NCBI GenBank assembly: GCA_963711985.1
Contig: CAVQGG010000001.1
Coordinates: 157,287 to 221,286, forward strand
Source: an uncultured Solirubrobacteraceae bacterium
GTDB taxonomy: Bacteria; Actinomycetota; Thermoleophilia; Solirubrobacterales; Solirubrobacteraceae
DNA length: 64,000 nucleotides
Direction: 5' to 3'
The notes under the pieces are model-generated. The model did not search any database, had not been told where the DNA came from, and saw nothing but the letters and a program-made list of their open reading frames with translations. Each line of letters begins with the position of its first letter. Position 1 is the first letter of the stretch. Made by a program: the position numbers and the translations under genes. Shown here in pieces: positions 30,103 through 40,290 of this stretch.

Positions 30103-30834
30103 ATGCTCGAGCTCGACGGCGTGGTCAAGCACTATCGTGGAGCCGGCGAGGAGGTGCGCGCCGTGGACGGCGTGAGCCTGGTCGTCGCGCCCGGTGAGAT
30201 GGTTGCCCTGCTCGGACCGAGCGGCTCCGGCAAGACGACGCTCCTGTTGCTGATCGCGGCTCTGCTGCGGCCGGAGCAGGGCACGGTCCACTACGACGGC
30301 CGCGACCTGTCTTCGCTGTCGGAGAACCAGGTGTGCGACTACCTGCTCAAGGACGTCGGCTTCATCTACCAGAACTACCACCTCATGCCCCGCGTGTCGG
30401 CGATCGAGAACGCTTCCATCAAGCTCCTGCTGGGCGGCGTCGGCATGCGCGAGGCCCAGACCCGCGCGACCCCCTGGCTGCAGCGCGTCGGGCTCGGCGA
30501 CCGCTTTCGACACACGCCGGATGAGCTCTCCGGAGGCGAGCGCCAGCGGGTCGCGATCGCGCGTGCGCTGGCCGGCGAGCCGAGGCTGATCCTCGCCGAC
30601 GAGCCGACCGGCAACCTGGACAGCGCGCGCAGCGAGGAGATCGTGGGGCTCCTGCGCTCGATCGCGCACGAGCGCACGGCGGCGGTCCTGCTCGTGACCC
30701 ACGACTCGGAGGCCGCCGCCCTCGCCGACCGCTGCTGCACGCTGCGCGACGGCAAGCTCCGCGACGGCCACCCGGGCAGCGGCGAGCGCGACCCACTCAC
30801 GCTCGAGCCGCACTCCCCGATCGCCCCGGTGTGA
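30103..30834 (+). CDS. ABC ATP-binding protein, LolD/MacB family
   Basis: GPSGSGKT, LSGGERQR, LADEPTGNLD, VTHD. Confidence 0.92.
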   Translation: MLELDGVVKHYRGAGEEVRAVDGVSLVVAPGEMVALLGPSGSGKTTLLLLIAALLRPEQGTVHYDGRDLSSLSENQVCDYLLKDVGFIYQNYHLMPRVSAIENASIKLLLGGVGMREAQTRATPWLQRVGLGDRFRHTPDELSGGERQRVAIARALAGEPRLILADEPTGNLDSARSEEIVGLLRSIAHERTAAVLLVTHDSEAAALADRCCTLRDGKLRDGHPGSGERDPLTLEPHSPIAPV

Positions 30835-33419
30835 GCACGCTGGGACGCTTTGAGCCGCTGCAGACACGGACCATGCTGCGGCCCTACGCACTCGTCTACC
30901 TGTACCGAAGACGGCTGCGCGTGCACATCGTCCAGGAGCTGCTCGCCGGCCTTGGCGTGGCGATCGCGGTCGCGCTCGTGTTCGCTGCGTTGATCGCCAA
31001 CGGCAGCGTCGCGGGCTCGGCCGGAGAAGTGGTTCACGCGGTGGTGGGACCGGCGAACCTCCAGCTGCACGCGCGCGACGCCGATGGCCTGGACCAGCGC
31101 CTGCTCGCTCGCGTCGAACACCTCGCCGGAGTCGAACAGGCCGCCCCCCTGCTCGAACAGAGCGCGACGATCGTCGGTCCGCTGGGCCGTCGCGCGACCG
31201 TGGATCTCGCCGGCGCCGATGTCAGCCTCGCGCTGTTGGACGGGTTGGCTCGCACCCTCCCGATCGCGGCCACCTTGCCGGGCGCAATCGGGCTCAGCAG
31301 GGCAACCGCGGAAGAGCTGGGGGTGAGCGAATCGAACGCGGCGAAGGACGAAGTGTCGCTCGAGCTGCGCGGAGAGGTCCACCGGCTGAAGGTGGCCGCG
31401 GTGCTCGGGCACGAAGCGGCAGGTGCGCTCTCGCAGGCCCGGGTGGCGGTGATGCAGCTCGAAAGCCTGCAGCGGCTCGCCGGCCTGCAGGGGCGGCTGA
31501 CGCGCATCCTGGTCAAGACACGGCGCGGGCGCCAGGCGTCGGTGCGCGCCGCGCTGAGCAGCCTCGCGGGCGGACGACTCACGGTCGCGGCGGCCGATGC
31601 GGAAGTCGCGCTGCTGGCTCAGGCGTTGCGCCCGAGCGACCAGGCGAGCGGGTTCTTCGCCGCGATCAGCGCGCTGCTCGGATTCCTGTTCGCCTTCGAC
31701 GCGATGCTGCTCACCGTCCCGGAGCGAAGGCAGGCGATAGCCGACCTGCGCCTGATCGGCAGCAAGCGCGCAGCGATCGTGCAGATCGTGGCCTTCCAGG
31801 CTCTCTGCTTGGGAATCGCCGCCTCGCTGGTGGGCCTGCTCGCCGGCTACGCGCTATCGCTGGGGGCCTTTCACCAGTCCTCAGGGTACCTGGCGGAGGC
31901 GTTCACGATCGGCACGAACACGGTCGTGGGCATACGGCCGCTGCTGCTGTCCTTGAGCGGCGGGATTCTCGCGACGTTCCTGGCCTCGGCGGTGCCGCTG
32001 CTCGACCTGCGACGCGGGAAGCCGCTGGACGCCGTGTACTTCGAAGACGGAGCGCCCGGGCAACGCGCTCGGACGCCATAGCCTGCTGCGGCTGGCCGTG
32101 GCGTCCGTCTGCCTGGTGGCGCTCGCGACGGTGCTGTTCCAGCTGCGAGCCTCGCTCGCGTTCGTCGCGAGCGGCGTGCTCGCGCTGGCGACCATGCTCG
32201 CGGTCCCGCTGGCGTTCGCCGGCGTGCTGCGTGCGGGCGCGGCCGTGGCGGAGCGCTTTCAGAGGCTGACGGTCCTGCAGGTGGCGCTGACCTCGCTGAA
32301 GGCCGCGACCCTGCGCTCCCTTGCCCTGGCGGCGACCGGCGCGGTCGCTATCTTCGGCGGTATCGCGCTGGGCGGCTCACGAGACGATCTGCTTCGCGGC
32401 ATCGACGGCTTCGCGCACAGCTATGCCGCCGACGCTGAGCTGTGGGTCGGCAATCCGGGCGACAACCAGGCGACCGTCCCGTTCGTAGCCGCCCGCTACG
32501 CGCAGCGTATCGCTCACGTACCCGGTGTCGCGAGCGTCAGCGCCTTCCAGGGCGGCTTCCTGGAACTGGGCGACAGACGCGCGTGGGTCATCGCGCGCCC
32601 GCCCGATGGCCGATCGGAACGTGTTGAGCGAGCCAGATCATCGACGGCAACGCAAACGCCGCGGTCAGGCGCCTCGGCGAAGGTGGCTGGATCGCGGTCT
32701 CCAAGCAGATCGCCGAAGCGCACCACGTCGAGCTTGGCGGCCTCTTCACTCTGCCCACGCCAACCGGCGACGTCCGCTTCAAGCTCGCCGCGACCACGAC
32801 CGACCTCGCGTGGAGCCCGGGCGCGATCTTCATCGGCGCCGCCGATTACAGCCACTTCTGGGACACGACGATGCCGACGGCCCTCGGCGTGGACCTCGCG
32901 CGCCGGACGAGCGTGCGCCAGGCACGCTCGGCGATCGCGCGCGTGCTTGGCCCGGAAAGCGGGCTCGAAGTCTCGACCGCGCGCACCCGCGAAGCGCGGA
33001 TCGACACGTTGACCAGCGAAGGACTTCGCCGGCTTGGCGAGATATCGACGCTGCTCGTGGTCGCGGCGATCCTGGCCATGGCCGCGGCTCTGGGATCGAG
33101 CATATGGCAGCGTCGCCCGGCGCTGGCCGAGTTGCGGCTTGCGGGGGCGCGGCCCGCCCGCCTGCGGCGCATACTGCTGACCGAAGCGATGCTGATGCTG
33201 AGCGCGGGCTGCGTGACCGGTGCGGTGGCCGGGATCTACGGTCAGGTCATCATCGACGGCTACCTCAAGCACGTCACGGGCTTTCCCGTGGCGAGCCTTG
33301 CAGCGAGCCTGCGTCCGTTCGAGATCCTCGCGCTGGTGATCGCAACCACCCTGATCGTCGTGGCCATCCCGGGCTGGCCGTCGTCGCGCGTCTCCCCCAC
33401 GCTTGCCCTCGATGAGTAG
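30831..33419 (+). CDS. Large duplicated FtsX/MacB-type ABC permease (frameshifts near 32060 and 32620)
   Basis: GVAIAVALVF, ERRQAIADLRLIG and QRRPALAELRLAG motifs spread over three ORF pieces. Confidence 0.82.
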
Positions 33420-34636
33420 GCGATCGACCCTCGCCGCCACGCCCATGCGGCGCCCGGCTGCGCCGAGCGAGCAGGCCGGCATCGAGCAGTCGAGATCGGC
33501 GGCCAAGGCCATCGATCGCCTGCTCGCGGCGCGGGCCGGCGTGGCGCTGGTGCTCGTCAACGTCGCGCTACTGGTCCAGCGTGGCGCCGCTGGCGCGCCG
33601 GCAGCTGCACCGCTGGCGCCGCCGGGCGCAGGCGATCGACGATCCCGTCCTGCGAGCGCTCGCGCTGGCGAAGCTCAACGACGAGGGCTTCAACGCGGAG
33701 GCCGCCGCGGTGCTGGCCACGCTCGCGCCCCGCGAGCACCGCAGGCGCGCGGTCGACGCGATCGTGGCCGTGGAGATCCTGTATGACTATCTCGACGGCC
33801 TGACCGAGTCACCGTCGCGCGAGGCGCCAGATGACGGCAGCCGTCTGTTCACGGCGTTCACGGACGCCGTCGCTCCGTCGGTGAAGCGCAGCGGCGACTA
33901 CTACCGCCATCACATGCGCTCCGAGGACGGCTACCTGGAGGAGCTGGTTGCGAGCGCGAGGACTGCGCTGGCCGGGCTGCCGGCGACGGCCACGCTCGCC
34001 GAGATCCTGCAGGCAAGCGCGGCGCGCGGCGCCGAGGCACAGCTGCGCATCCACGCGGCCTCGCACTCGGGGACCGGTCAACTCGAACGGTGGGCAAAGC
34101 TGCACGCGGCCGGCACGCCGCTGCAGTGGCGCGAGTTCCTCGCAGGCGCCGCGTGCTCGGTGCTCGCCGTGCACGCGCTGATCGTCGCGGCGAGCGATCG
34201 CCGAACCACCTACGAGCAGGCTCTCGAGATCGACAGGATCTACCTGTCGATCTCAGTGCTCCCGACGATCCTCGACAGCCTGATCGACCACGAGGCGGAC
34301 GCCAGGACGGGTCGACCGGGATACGTCCAGCACTACGACGATCGCGGCGTGCTCGCAAGACGGCTCGCAAGCGTGATCGACGATGCCGTCAGCCGCTCGC
34401 GCAGCGCTCCCAATGGCGCCCACCACGTGATGACGCTCGTCGGCGTGGTCGCGTACTACATCTCCGCTCCGTCAGCCAAGAGCGAGTTCGCGCGGCCGGT
34501 CACCGAGCACATCAGCGGGCAGCTTCGACCACTGCTCACACCGGCCCTGGCGATGATGCGCGGCTGGCGCGCTGCCAAGCGCCTGCGGGCGCGCTGGCGG
34601 GGCGTGCCCGTCACGAGGGTGCGCCCACCCGCATGA
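33412..34636 (+). CDS. DUF2600 / YtpB-like (tetraprenyl-beta-curcumene synthase family) terpene synthase (frameshift near 33565)
   Basis: W...A..I.DP.LR..AL N-terminus, AIVAVEILYDYLDGLTE (YtpB DYLDNLxD) and ILDSLIDHEAD. Confidence 0.8.
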
Positions 34637-35331
34637 GCGGCCCGGCGGCACCAGAGACCTCGCTCGCGGGCACGGCGCGGTACGTGGCCATTATCACCGA
34701 CGGCAACGGCCGCTGGGCGCGCTCGCGCCAGCTGTCGATCAAAGATGGCCACGATGCCGGCGCCGACACCCTCAAGGCACGACTGCGAGACGCCGTGGAG
34801 CTCGGGATCGAGCAGCTGACGGTGTACTCGTTCTCGACCGAGAACTGGTTGCGCCCGGTCGAGGAGGTGCGGGGGCTGATCTCGGTGCTCGCCCGGCGGA
34901 TCGCGAAGGAGACACCCGAACTGCACAGGCACCGCGTGCGCCTGCGCTTCATCGGGCGCCGCGACGGGGTCGCGCAGGATCTGTTGGAGGCGATGACGAG
35001 AGCCGAAGCGCTCACAGCGGAGAACGAGCTGATCACCCTGTTCATCGCTGTCAACTATGGAGGGCGTGCCGAGATCTTGGACGCCGCCAGGCGCCTGGGC
35101 GGAGACACCGAGGAGGAGTTCCGGGATTGCCTGTACGCGCCGGATATGCACGACCCGGATCTGATCATCCGCACGGGCGGCGAGCGCCGGCTGTCCAACT
35201 TCCTGTTGTGGCAGTCGGCCTACTCGGAGCTCGTGTTCAGCGACGAGCTGTGGCCGGACTTCACGCGCGAGGACCTGGAACGGGCCCTGGCGGAGTTCGG
35301 AGCGCGGCAGCGACGGTTCGGCCGACGATGA
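34633..35331 (+). CDS. uppS: cis-prenyltransferase, UppS family
   Basis: IITDGNGRWA, YSFSTENW.R, NYGGRAEI, DLIIRTGGERRLSNFLLWQSAYSE. Confidence 0.93.
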   Translation: MSGPAAPETSLAGTARYVAIITDGNGRWARSRQLSIKDGHDAGADTLKARLRDAVELGIEQLTVYSFSTENWLRPVEEVRGLISVLARRIAKETPELHRHRVRLRFIGRRDGVAQDLLEAMTRAEALTAENELITLFIAVNYGGRAEILDAARRLGGDTEEEFRDCLYAPDMHDPDLIIRTGGERRLSNFLLWQSAYSELVFSDELWPDFTREDLERALAEFGARQRRFGRR

Positions 35332-35903
35332 GCGGGGAGCCGCTTTCGCTCCTTGGCGACTGGCTGACGGAAGCTCGAGCGGCCGGTGTGCCCGAGCCCG
35401 AGTCGGTGGCGTTCGTGACCGTGGGAGATGGTGGGCGTCCGTCGGCGCGGACCGTGCTGCTCAAGCGCTTGGAGGATCGGGCGCTGGTGTTCACCTCGGC
35501 GCTGTGGACGCGCAAGGCGCGCGAGATCGAGGCCAACCGGCATGTGGCGCTGCTGTTCTACTGGCCGGCGATCGGGCGACAGGTTCACATCACGGGAGAG
35601 GCTGTGGTCGCCGAGCGTGAGCTCGCCGTGGAGCTGTTCTCCCAGCGCGAGCTCTCCCACCGGGTACAGACGCTGGTCTCGCGCCAGGGTCAGCCGATCG
35701 AGGACATCGAGCCGCTGCGCGCCCGTCACGCCCACCTGATGGAAGTGCTGGAGGCTCCGCCCGAATGCCCGCCGGATTGGGGCGCGATCCGCGTGATCCC
35801 GTCCACGATCGAGTTCTGGGTGCAGGCGCCCGACCGTCTGCACGACCGGCTGCTGTACGAGCGCGTCGACGAAGGCTGGCGCACCTCGCGGCTGGCACCG
35901 TGA
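35328..35903 (+). CDS. Pyridoxamine 5'-phosphate oxidase family (PdxH/PhzG-like) FMN oxidase
   Basis: PSARTVLLK, RKAREI, LLFYW, EFWVQ..DRLHDR, RLAP. Confidence 0.88.
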   Translation: MSGEPLSLLGDWLTEARAAGVPEPESVAFVTVGDGGRPSARTVLLKRLEDRALVFTSALWTRKAREIEANRHVALLFYWPAIGRQVHITGEAVVAERELAVELFSQRELSHRVQTLVSRQGQPIEDIEPLRARHAHLMEVLEAPPECPPDWGAIRVIPSTIEFWVQAPDRLHDRLLYERVDEGWRTSRLAP

Positions 35904-36117
35904 ACCGGCCCCGCTTGCTTCACGCGCGGATCGACAGCTGCCCGCACCGAGGATTCCCGTTCGCGGCCACGTTCGCGTTCCTCGACGGCACCCACGCCAG
36001 CGCGCACGCCCGAGTGTCCTGCCCCACACGCGCCGCCGCCGCGGCACATGGCTGAGCCCGCCTGATCGAATATGTCTGCCTTGCGCAATCGGGTGGCGTC
36101 GCGTATCGTCCCGGCGG

Positions 36118-37161
36118 ATGCCCGCCGGGAAGCTTTTCAAGATTCTCTCGATCGACGGCGGGGGCATCCGCGGGATCATTCCAGCCCTGGTCCTCGCCGA
36201 GATCGAGCGCCAAACCGGGCGTCCGGCGTGCGCGCTTTTCGACCTGATCGCGGGGACCTCGACGGGAGGGATCATCACGCTCGGTGTGACCGTGCCCGGC
36301 GAACAACAGCCCAGCGGCAACAAGCACCCACGCTGGAGCGCGCAGGAGCTGGCCGACCTGTATGCCAACGACGGACCGGAGATATTCCACCGCTCGCTCG
36401 TGCGCACGATCGAGACGGTCGACGGCCTGCTGGTCGAGAAGTACGCGGCGAACGGGCTGGAAGCGGTGCTGGAGCGCTGCGTTGGCGATGTGAAGCTCTC
36501 GCAGGCGCTCACCGACGTGCTGATCACCTCCTATGACATACAGACGCACGAACCGTTCTTCTTCAAGAGCTTCCAGCCCAGCCCGCGCGACGCGCCCAGC
36601 CCGCGCGACGGCGCAGCCGGGCCCGCAGGTTCGAGCCCCTCCTCCGACTATCCGATGAAGCTGGTGGGACGCGCGACCTCGGCGGCCCCGACCTACTTCG
36701 AGCCCGAGCACCTCGTCGCGCCTGTGCCCGGCGAGTCACCCTCCGACTACGCCCTGGTGGACGGCGGCACGTTCGCCAACAACCCCGCCATGTGCGCCTA
36801 CGCCGAGGCGAGGCGCAACCATCCCGAAGCGGACGTGCTCATCGTCTCACTCGGCACCGGTCGCCTGCACGAGCCGATCTCCTTCGAGCGAGCCAAGGAC
36901 TGGGGCCTGGTCCAGTGGGCGCGCCCGCTGCTGGGAGTGATCATGGACGGCGCGAGCACCGCAATCGACTACCAGCTCGACGAACTGCTCGGCTTCGACC
37001 ACGGGCACTTCCGCTTCCAGGCGGTACTCAAAGATGTCAGCGACAGCCTCGACGACGCGAGCGCCTCGAACATCGCCGGTCTGCGCAAACTCGCCGAAAA
37101 CCTGATTGAACGCAACGCCACCAGACTCAACCGGGTGTGCGCGAAGCTGATCTCCGACTAG
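36118..37161 (+). CDS. Patatin-like phospholipase
   Basis: DGGGIRG, GTSTG, ATSAAPTYF, DGG..ANNP, SLGTG; 18-bp duplication at 36577-36610. Confidence 0.92.
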   Translation: MPAGKLFKILSIDGGGIRGIIPALVLAEIERQTGRPACALFDLIAGTSTGGIITLGVTVPGEQQPSGNKHPRWSAQELADLYANDGPEIFHRSLVRTIETVDGLLVEKYAANGLEAVLERCVGDVKLSQALTDVLITSYDIQTHEPFFFKSFQPSPRDAPSPRDGAAGPAGSSPSSDYPMKLVGRATSAAPTYFEPEHLVAPVPGESPSDYALVDGGTFANNPAMCAYAEARRNHPEADVLIVSLGTGRLHEPISFERAKDWGLVQWARPLLGVIMDGASTAIDYQLDELLGFDHGHFRFQAVLKDVSDSLDDASASNIAGLRKLAENLIERNATRLNRVCAKLISD

Positions 37162-37324
37162 CTCACAAAGCCGGCCTTGTTTTCACACATAACCGTGTGT
37201 ATGCACCCACACGGCGACCGTCGGCCCACGGCCCGCACCGGGGCAACCTGAATGCGATGCGTGTGCGGAGACCATGTTCCTGATCGACCGGTGGGGACGC
37301 GCATTGATCTACTACGTGCACTAG

Positions 37325-38961
37325 CCTCGATTCGTCGGTAGTGGCGGGCGAGGAGGCGGTGGTTGGGGGCTGAGTCGTCCGCCTGGGCGGGGAGGATTGC
37401 GGTTGTCGAGACCTGCAATCCCCCCGCTCAGGAGGTCACCTTGAAGGTGATGGGACGTTCAACGGTTCGGACGGTAGATGTGGTGGCGGACGGCACGGGT
37501 TTGTGCTCGCGTGCGGGCACGGCGCTGTTGCCGTTGGTGGCCGCCCGGCTGGGCCTGGTGGACGGCGTGTGCGCGGCGCTTGCGGGCACGCGGGAGCGGC
37601 GCTCGGCGCACGAGCCGGGGCGGGTGTTCTGCGATCTGGCGGTGATGCTCGCGGATGGCGGGCGCTGCGTCTCAGACGTTGCTGCGCTGGCGGGCCAGCC
37701 GTCGCTGTTCGGGCAGGTCGCGTCGGTCTCGACCGCTAGGCGGGTGCTGCTGTCGATCGGAGAGGACGAGCTTGACGGCGTCCGTCAGGCGCGCGCCCGG
37801 GCGCGGGAGCGTGCGTGGGCCGCCGGCGCGGCTCCTGACCGGGTGGTCCTGGACTTCGACGCGACGCCGATCAGCGTGCATTCCGAGAAGGAGATGGCGG
37901 CCGGGCACTACAAGGGCGGGTTCGGCTTCAACCCGCTGCTGGTGACGTGTGGCCGAGAGGTGCTGGCGGGGATCCTGCGGCCCGGGAACGCCGCCGCGGG
38001 CAACGCCGCCGACCACCTCCAAGCGCTGGAGCTGGCGCTCGAGCAGCTGCCGCAGACGGCGCTTGACGGGGAGATCCTCGCGCGCTCGGACTCGGCCGGC
38101 GCCAGCCACGAGTTCGCGTTCGCGTGCCGCGAGACACGCATCCGCTTCTCGCTGGGCTACGCGATCGGGCAGCCGGTCCGGGAGGCGATCCTCGCGCTGC
38201 CTGAGAGCGCCTGGCGGCCAGCGGTCAACGGCGATGGCCAGCAGCGCGAGGGGGCCTGGGTCGCCGAGCTCACCGGCCAGGTCAACCTGGAGGGCTGGCC
38301 CGAGGGGACCCGGCTGATCTGCCGGCGCGAGCGTCCGCACCCCGGCGCGCAGCTGACCTTTACCGACCTCGACGGCCACCGCTTCCAGTGCTTCATCACC
38401 GACCAGCAAGACGACGACATCACCGCGCTGGAGGCCACCCACCGCCAGCACGCCCAGGTCGAGGATCGCGTCAAGACGCTGAAGGCGACCGGCGCCGCGC
38501 ACCTGCCGTTCACCGCGTTCACCGCGAACGCGGCATGGCTGGAACTCGCGCTCACGGGCCACGACCTGCTCACCTGGACCCAACAGCTCACGCTCGACGG
38601 TGAACACGCCGTCTGCGAACCAAGGCGGCTTCGCTACCGCATCCTGCACGTCGCCGGGCAGCTCACCCGCCACGCCCGCCGCACCACACTGCACCTGCCC
38701 GCCGACTGGCCCTGGGCCGCAGCGATCATCCGCGCCTTCAAGCGGCTGGACGCGCTGCCAGCCTACGGCTGAGACCCAGCCGCCGCCCGGCCCGACGACA
38801 GCGCGCAGCCACCCGGCGCTCATCGCTGCCCGGGAACACCACCCGGACACGTGCACCAGCCCGCCACGCCCCGCCCCCGCGCCGACACCACCCCCGCGGC
38901 CGAGCACACCAACGCAAATCGCCCACAGACACCACCCCGCACGGTTACTGACGAATCGAGG
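37325..38961 (+). mobile_element. IS1380-family insertion sequence
   Basis: 16-bp IRs CCTCGATTCGTCRGTA (15/16); CTAG duplication at 37321-24 and 38962-65. Confidence 0.93.
37441..38772 (+). CDS. IS1380 transposase
   Basis: LDFDAT, GFNPL, LRPGNA, ARSDSAG, HRQHAQVEDRVK; RBS AGGAGG before TTG. Confidence 0.93.
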   Translation: MKVMGRSTVRTVDVVADGTGLCSRAGTALLPLVAARLGLVDGVCAALAGTRERRSAHEPGRVFCDLAVMLADGGRCVSDVAALAGQPSLFGQVASVSTARRVLLSIGEDELDGVRQARARARERAWAAGAAPDRVVLDFDATPISVHSEKEMAAGHYKGGFGFNPLLVTCGREVLAGILRPGNAAAGNAADHLQALELALEQLPQTALDGEILARSDSAGASHEFAFACRETRIRFSLGYAIGQPVREAILALPESAWRPAVNGDGQQREGAWVAELTGQVNLEGWPEGTRLICRRERPHPGAQLTFTDLDGHRFQCFITDQQDDDITALEATHRQHAQVEDRVKTLKATGAAHLPFTAFTANAAWLELALTGHDLLTWTQQLTLDGEHAVCEPRRLRYRILHVAGQLTRHARRTTLHLPADWPWAAAIIRAFKRLDALPAYG

Positions 38962-38993
38962 CTAGGGCGTTCGGCCCGGTGGAGACACCCGCT

Positions 38994-39394
38994 CTATTCC
39001 TCCAACTCGAGAGCCGTTGGTAGAGGCCGAGGGAGGCCTGTCCGATCCTCCGCACGATCTTCTCCTCGCAGGGGCCGACCGGCACGACCGGCAACGAGAT
39101 GACGCCGTGCCGGCTGACGTTCACGGACAGCTCCCGGTCCACCCACTCCGCGGCCTCGCGCCAGCGCGGCGATCGTCCGGCCTTCTCGATCGCCGCGCCA
39201 TCGTCGGTGACCGAAATCCGGTGCTGGCGGCGCACGACACGGACGCGGACAGGATCTCCCGGCCGATACTCCAGTCCGGTGTCGACCACCGTCTCGCTGC
39301 GGACCTGCCCGATCCGCGCGACCGGCCGCTCCAGCGCGGCCCGCTCGGCACGCGGCGGTCGCTCGGCGTCGCTGCGATGGTGCTCGAGTTTCAA
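38994..39394 (-). CDS. Hypothetical protein (probable 3' frameshift)
   Basis: GDPVRVRV...SVTDDG...VNVSRHG; the adjacent frame supplies a plausible LELEE-stop end. Confidence 0.5.
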
Positions 39395-39539
39395 CGGCGA
39401 CCCTCCTGCCCGATACCCGGCGTTCGCTTCCCATTTCTATCCGATCTCGCGGCACGCGAGCGCGGTGACTTCAGCTCGGCCGAGTGGGCGCACCCGTAGC
39501 CCGCTTCCGACCCGGCCGGAGTCGTGCGACCATGCGCGC

Positions 39540-40112
39540 ATGCGACCACAGGACCACCACGACGCAGCGGCTCATGATCCCGCGCGCATCGGCGCCGGTG
39601 ACGGACCGATCGAGATCGTCGAGTACGATCCCGCCTGGCCGGCCTCCTACGTCGCAGAGTGTGAACGGCTGGCCTCGCTGCTGCCTGGCGTACAGATCTA
39701 CCACATCGGCTCCACCGCCGTTCCCGGGCTTGCGGCCAAGCCCGTGATCGACATGATTGCGCTCGTTGACGACCTCGACGCGAGGATCGCCGCGCTCGTG
39801 CGACAGGCCGGCTACCAGCTACCCGCACGATTCAACATGAACCTGGTGCATCGTCGCTTCCTGTGCTATCCGACCGCCTCCTACCGCACGCATCACCTGC
39901 ACCTGGTCGATGCGCGCGAGGACATGGACCAGTGCCTGCGCTTCCGGGACAGTCTCCGAGGCGATCCCAAGCTCGCCGCCGAGTACGCGGTGCTGAAGCG
40001 AGCGCTCGCCGCGCGCTTCGGAGAGGACCGTGAGGGATACACCAAGGCCAAGGGCAGCTTCATCAAACACGCCGACTCGCAGGCCGGGGGCTCCGGCCAG
40101 CCCGCTTCGTGA
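39540..40112 (+). CDS. GrpB/UPF0157 family protein
   Basis: YDPAWP, HIGSTAVPGLAAKPVID, FRD.LR, Y..LK..LA, YT.AK. Confidence 0.9.
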   Translation: MRPQDHHDAAAHDPARIGAGDGPIEIVEYDPAWPASYVAECERLASLLPGVQIYHIGSTAVPGLAAKPVIDMIALVDDLDARIAALVRQAGYQLPARFNMNLVHRRFLCYPTASYRTHHLHLVDAREDMDQCLRFRDSLRGDPKLAAEYAVLKRALAARFGEDREGYTKAKGSFIKHADSQAGGSGQPAS

Positions 40113-40290
40113 TGCGATGAGTGCGGTCCCTGCCGCCCATCCGTGGATCTCCGGACCCACGTGCGGGATAGCCCGGATGACACAGGCAGTCCCGGCAGGT
40201 ACGTTCTCGTCGAGAACGGTCATCACACACCCACGGACGGCCACCGGCCGTCCGTGGGTGGTTGTGTAGCCGACTCTACCTGCCGTCGTC

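Noticed and set aside
36118-40112. CBASS-like defence system (patatin effector plus nucleotidyltransferase-fold GrpB)
   Set aside because: GrpB is not a CD-NTase, the genes are not operonic, and there are no Cap2/Cap3 genes.
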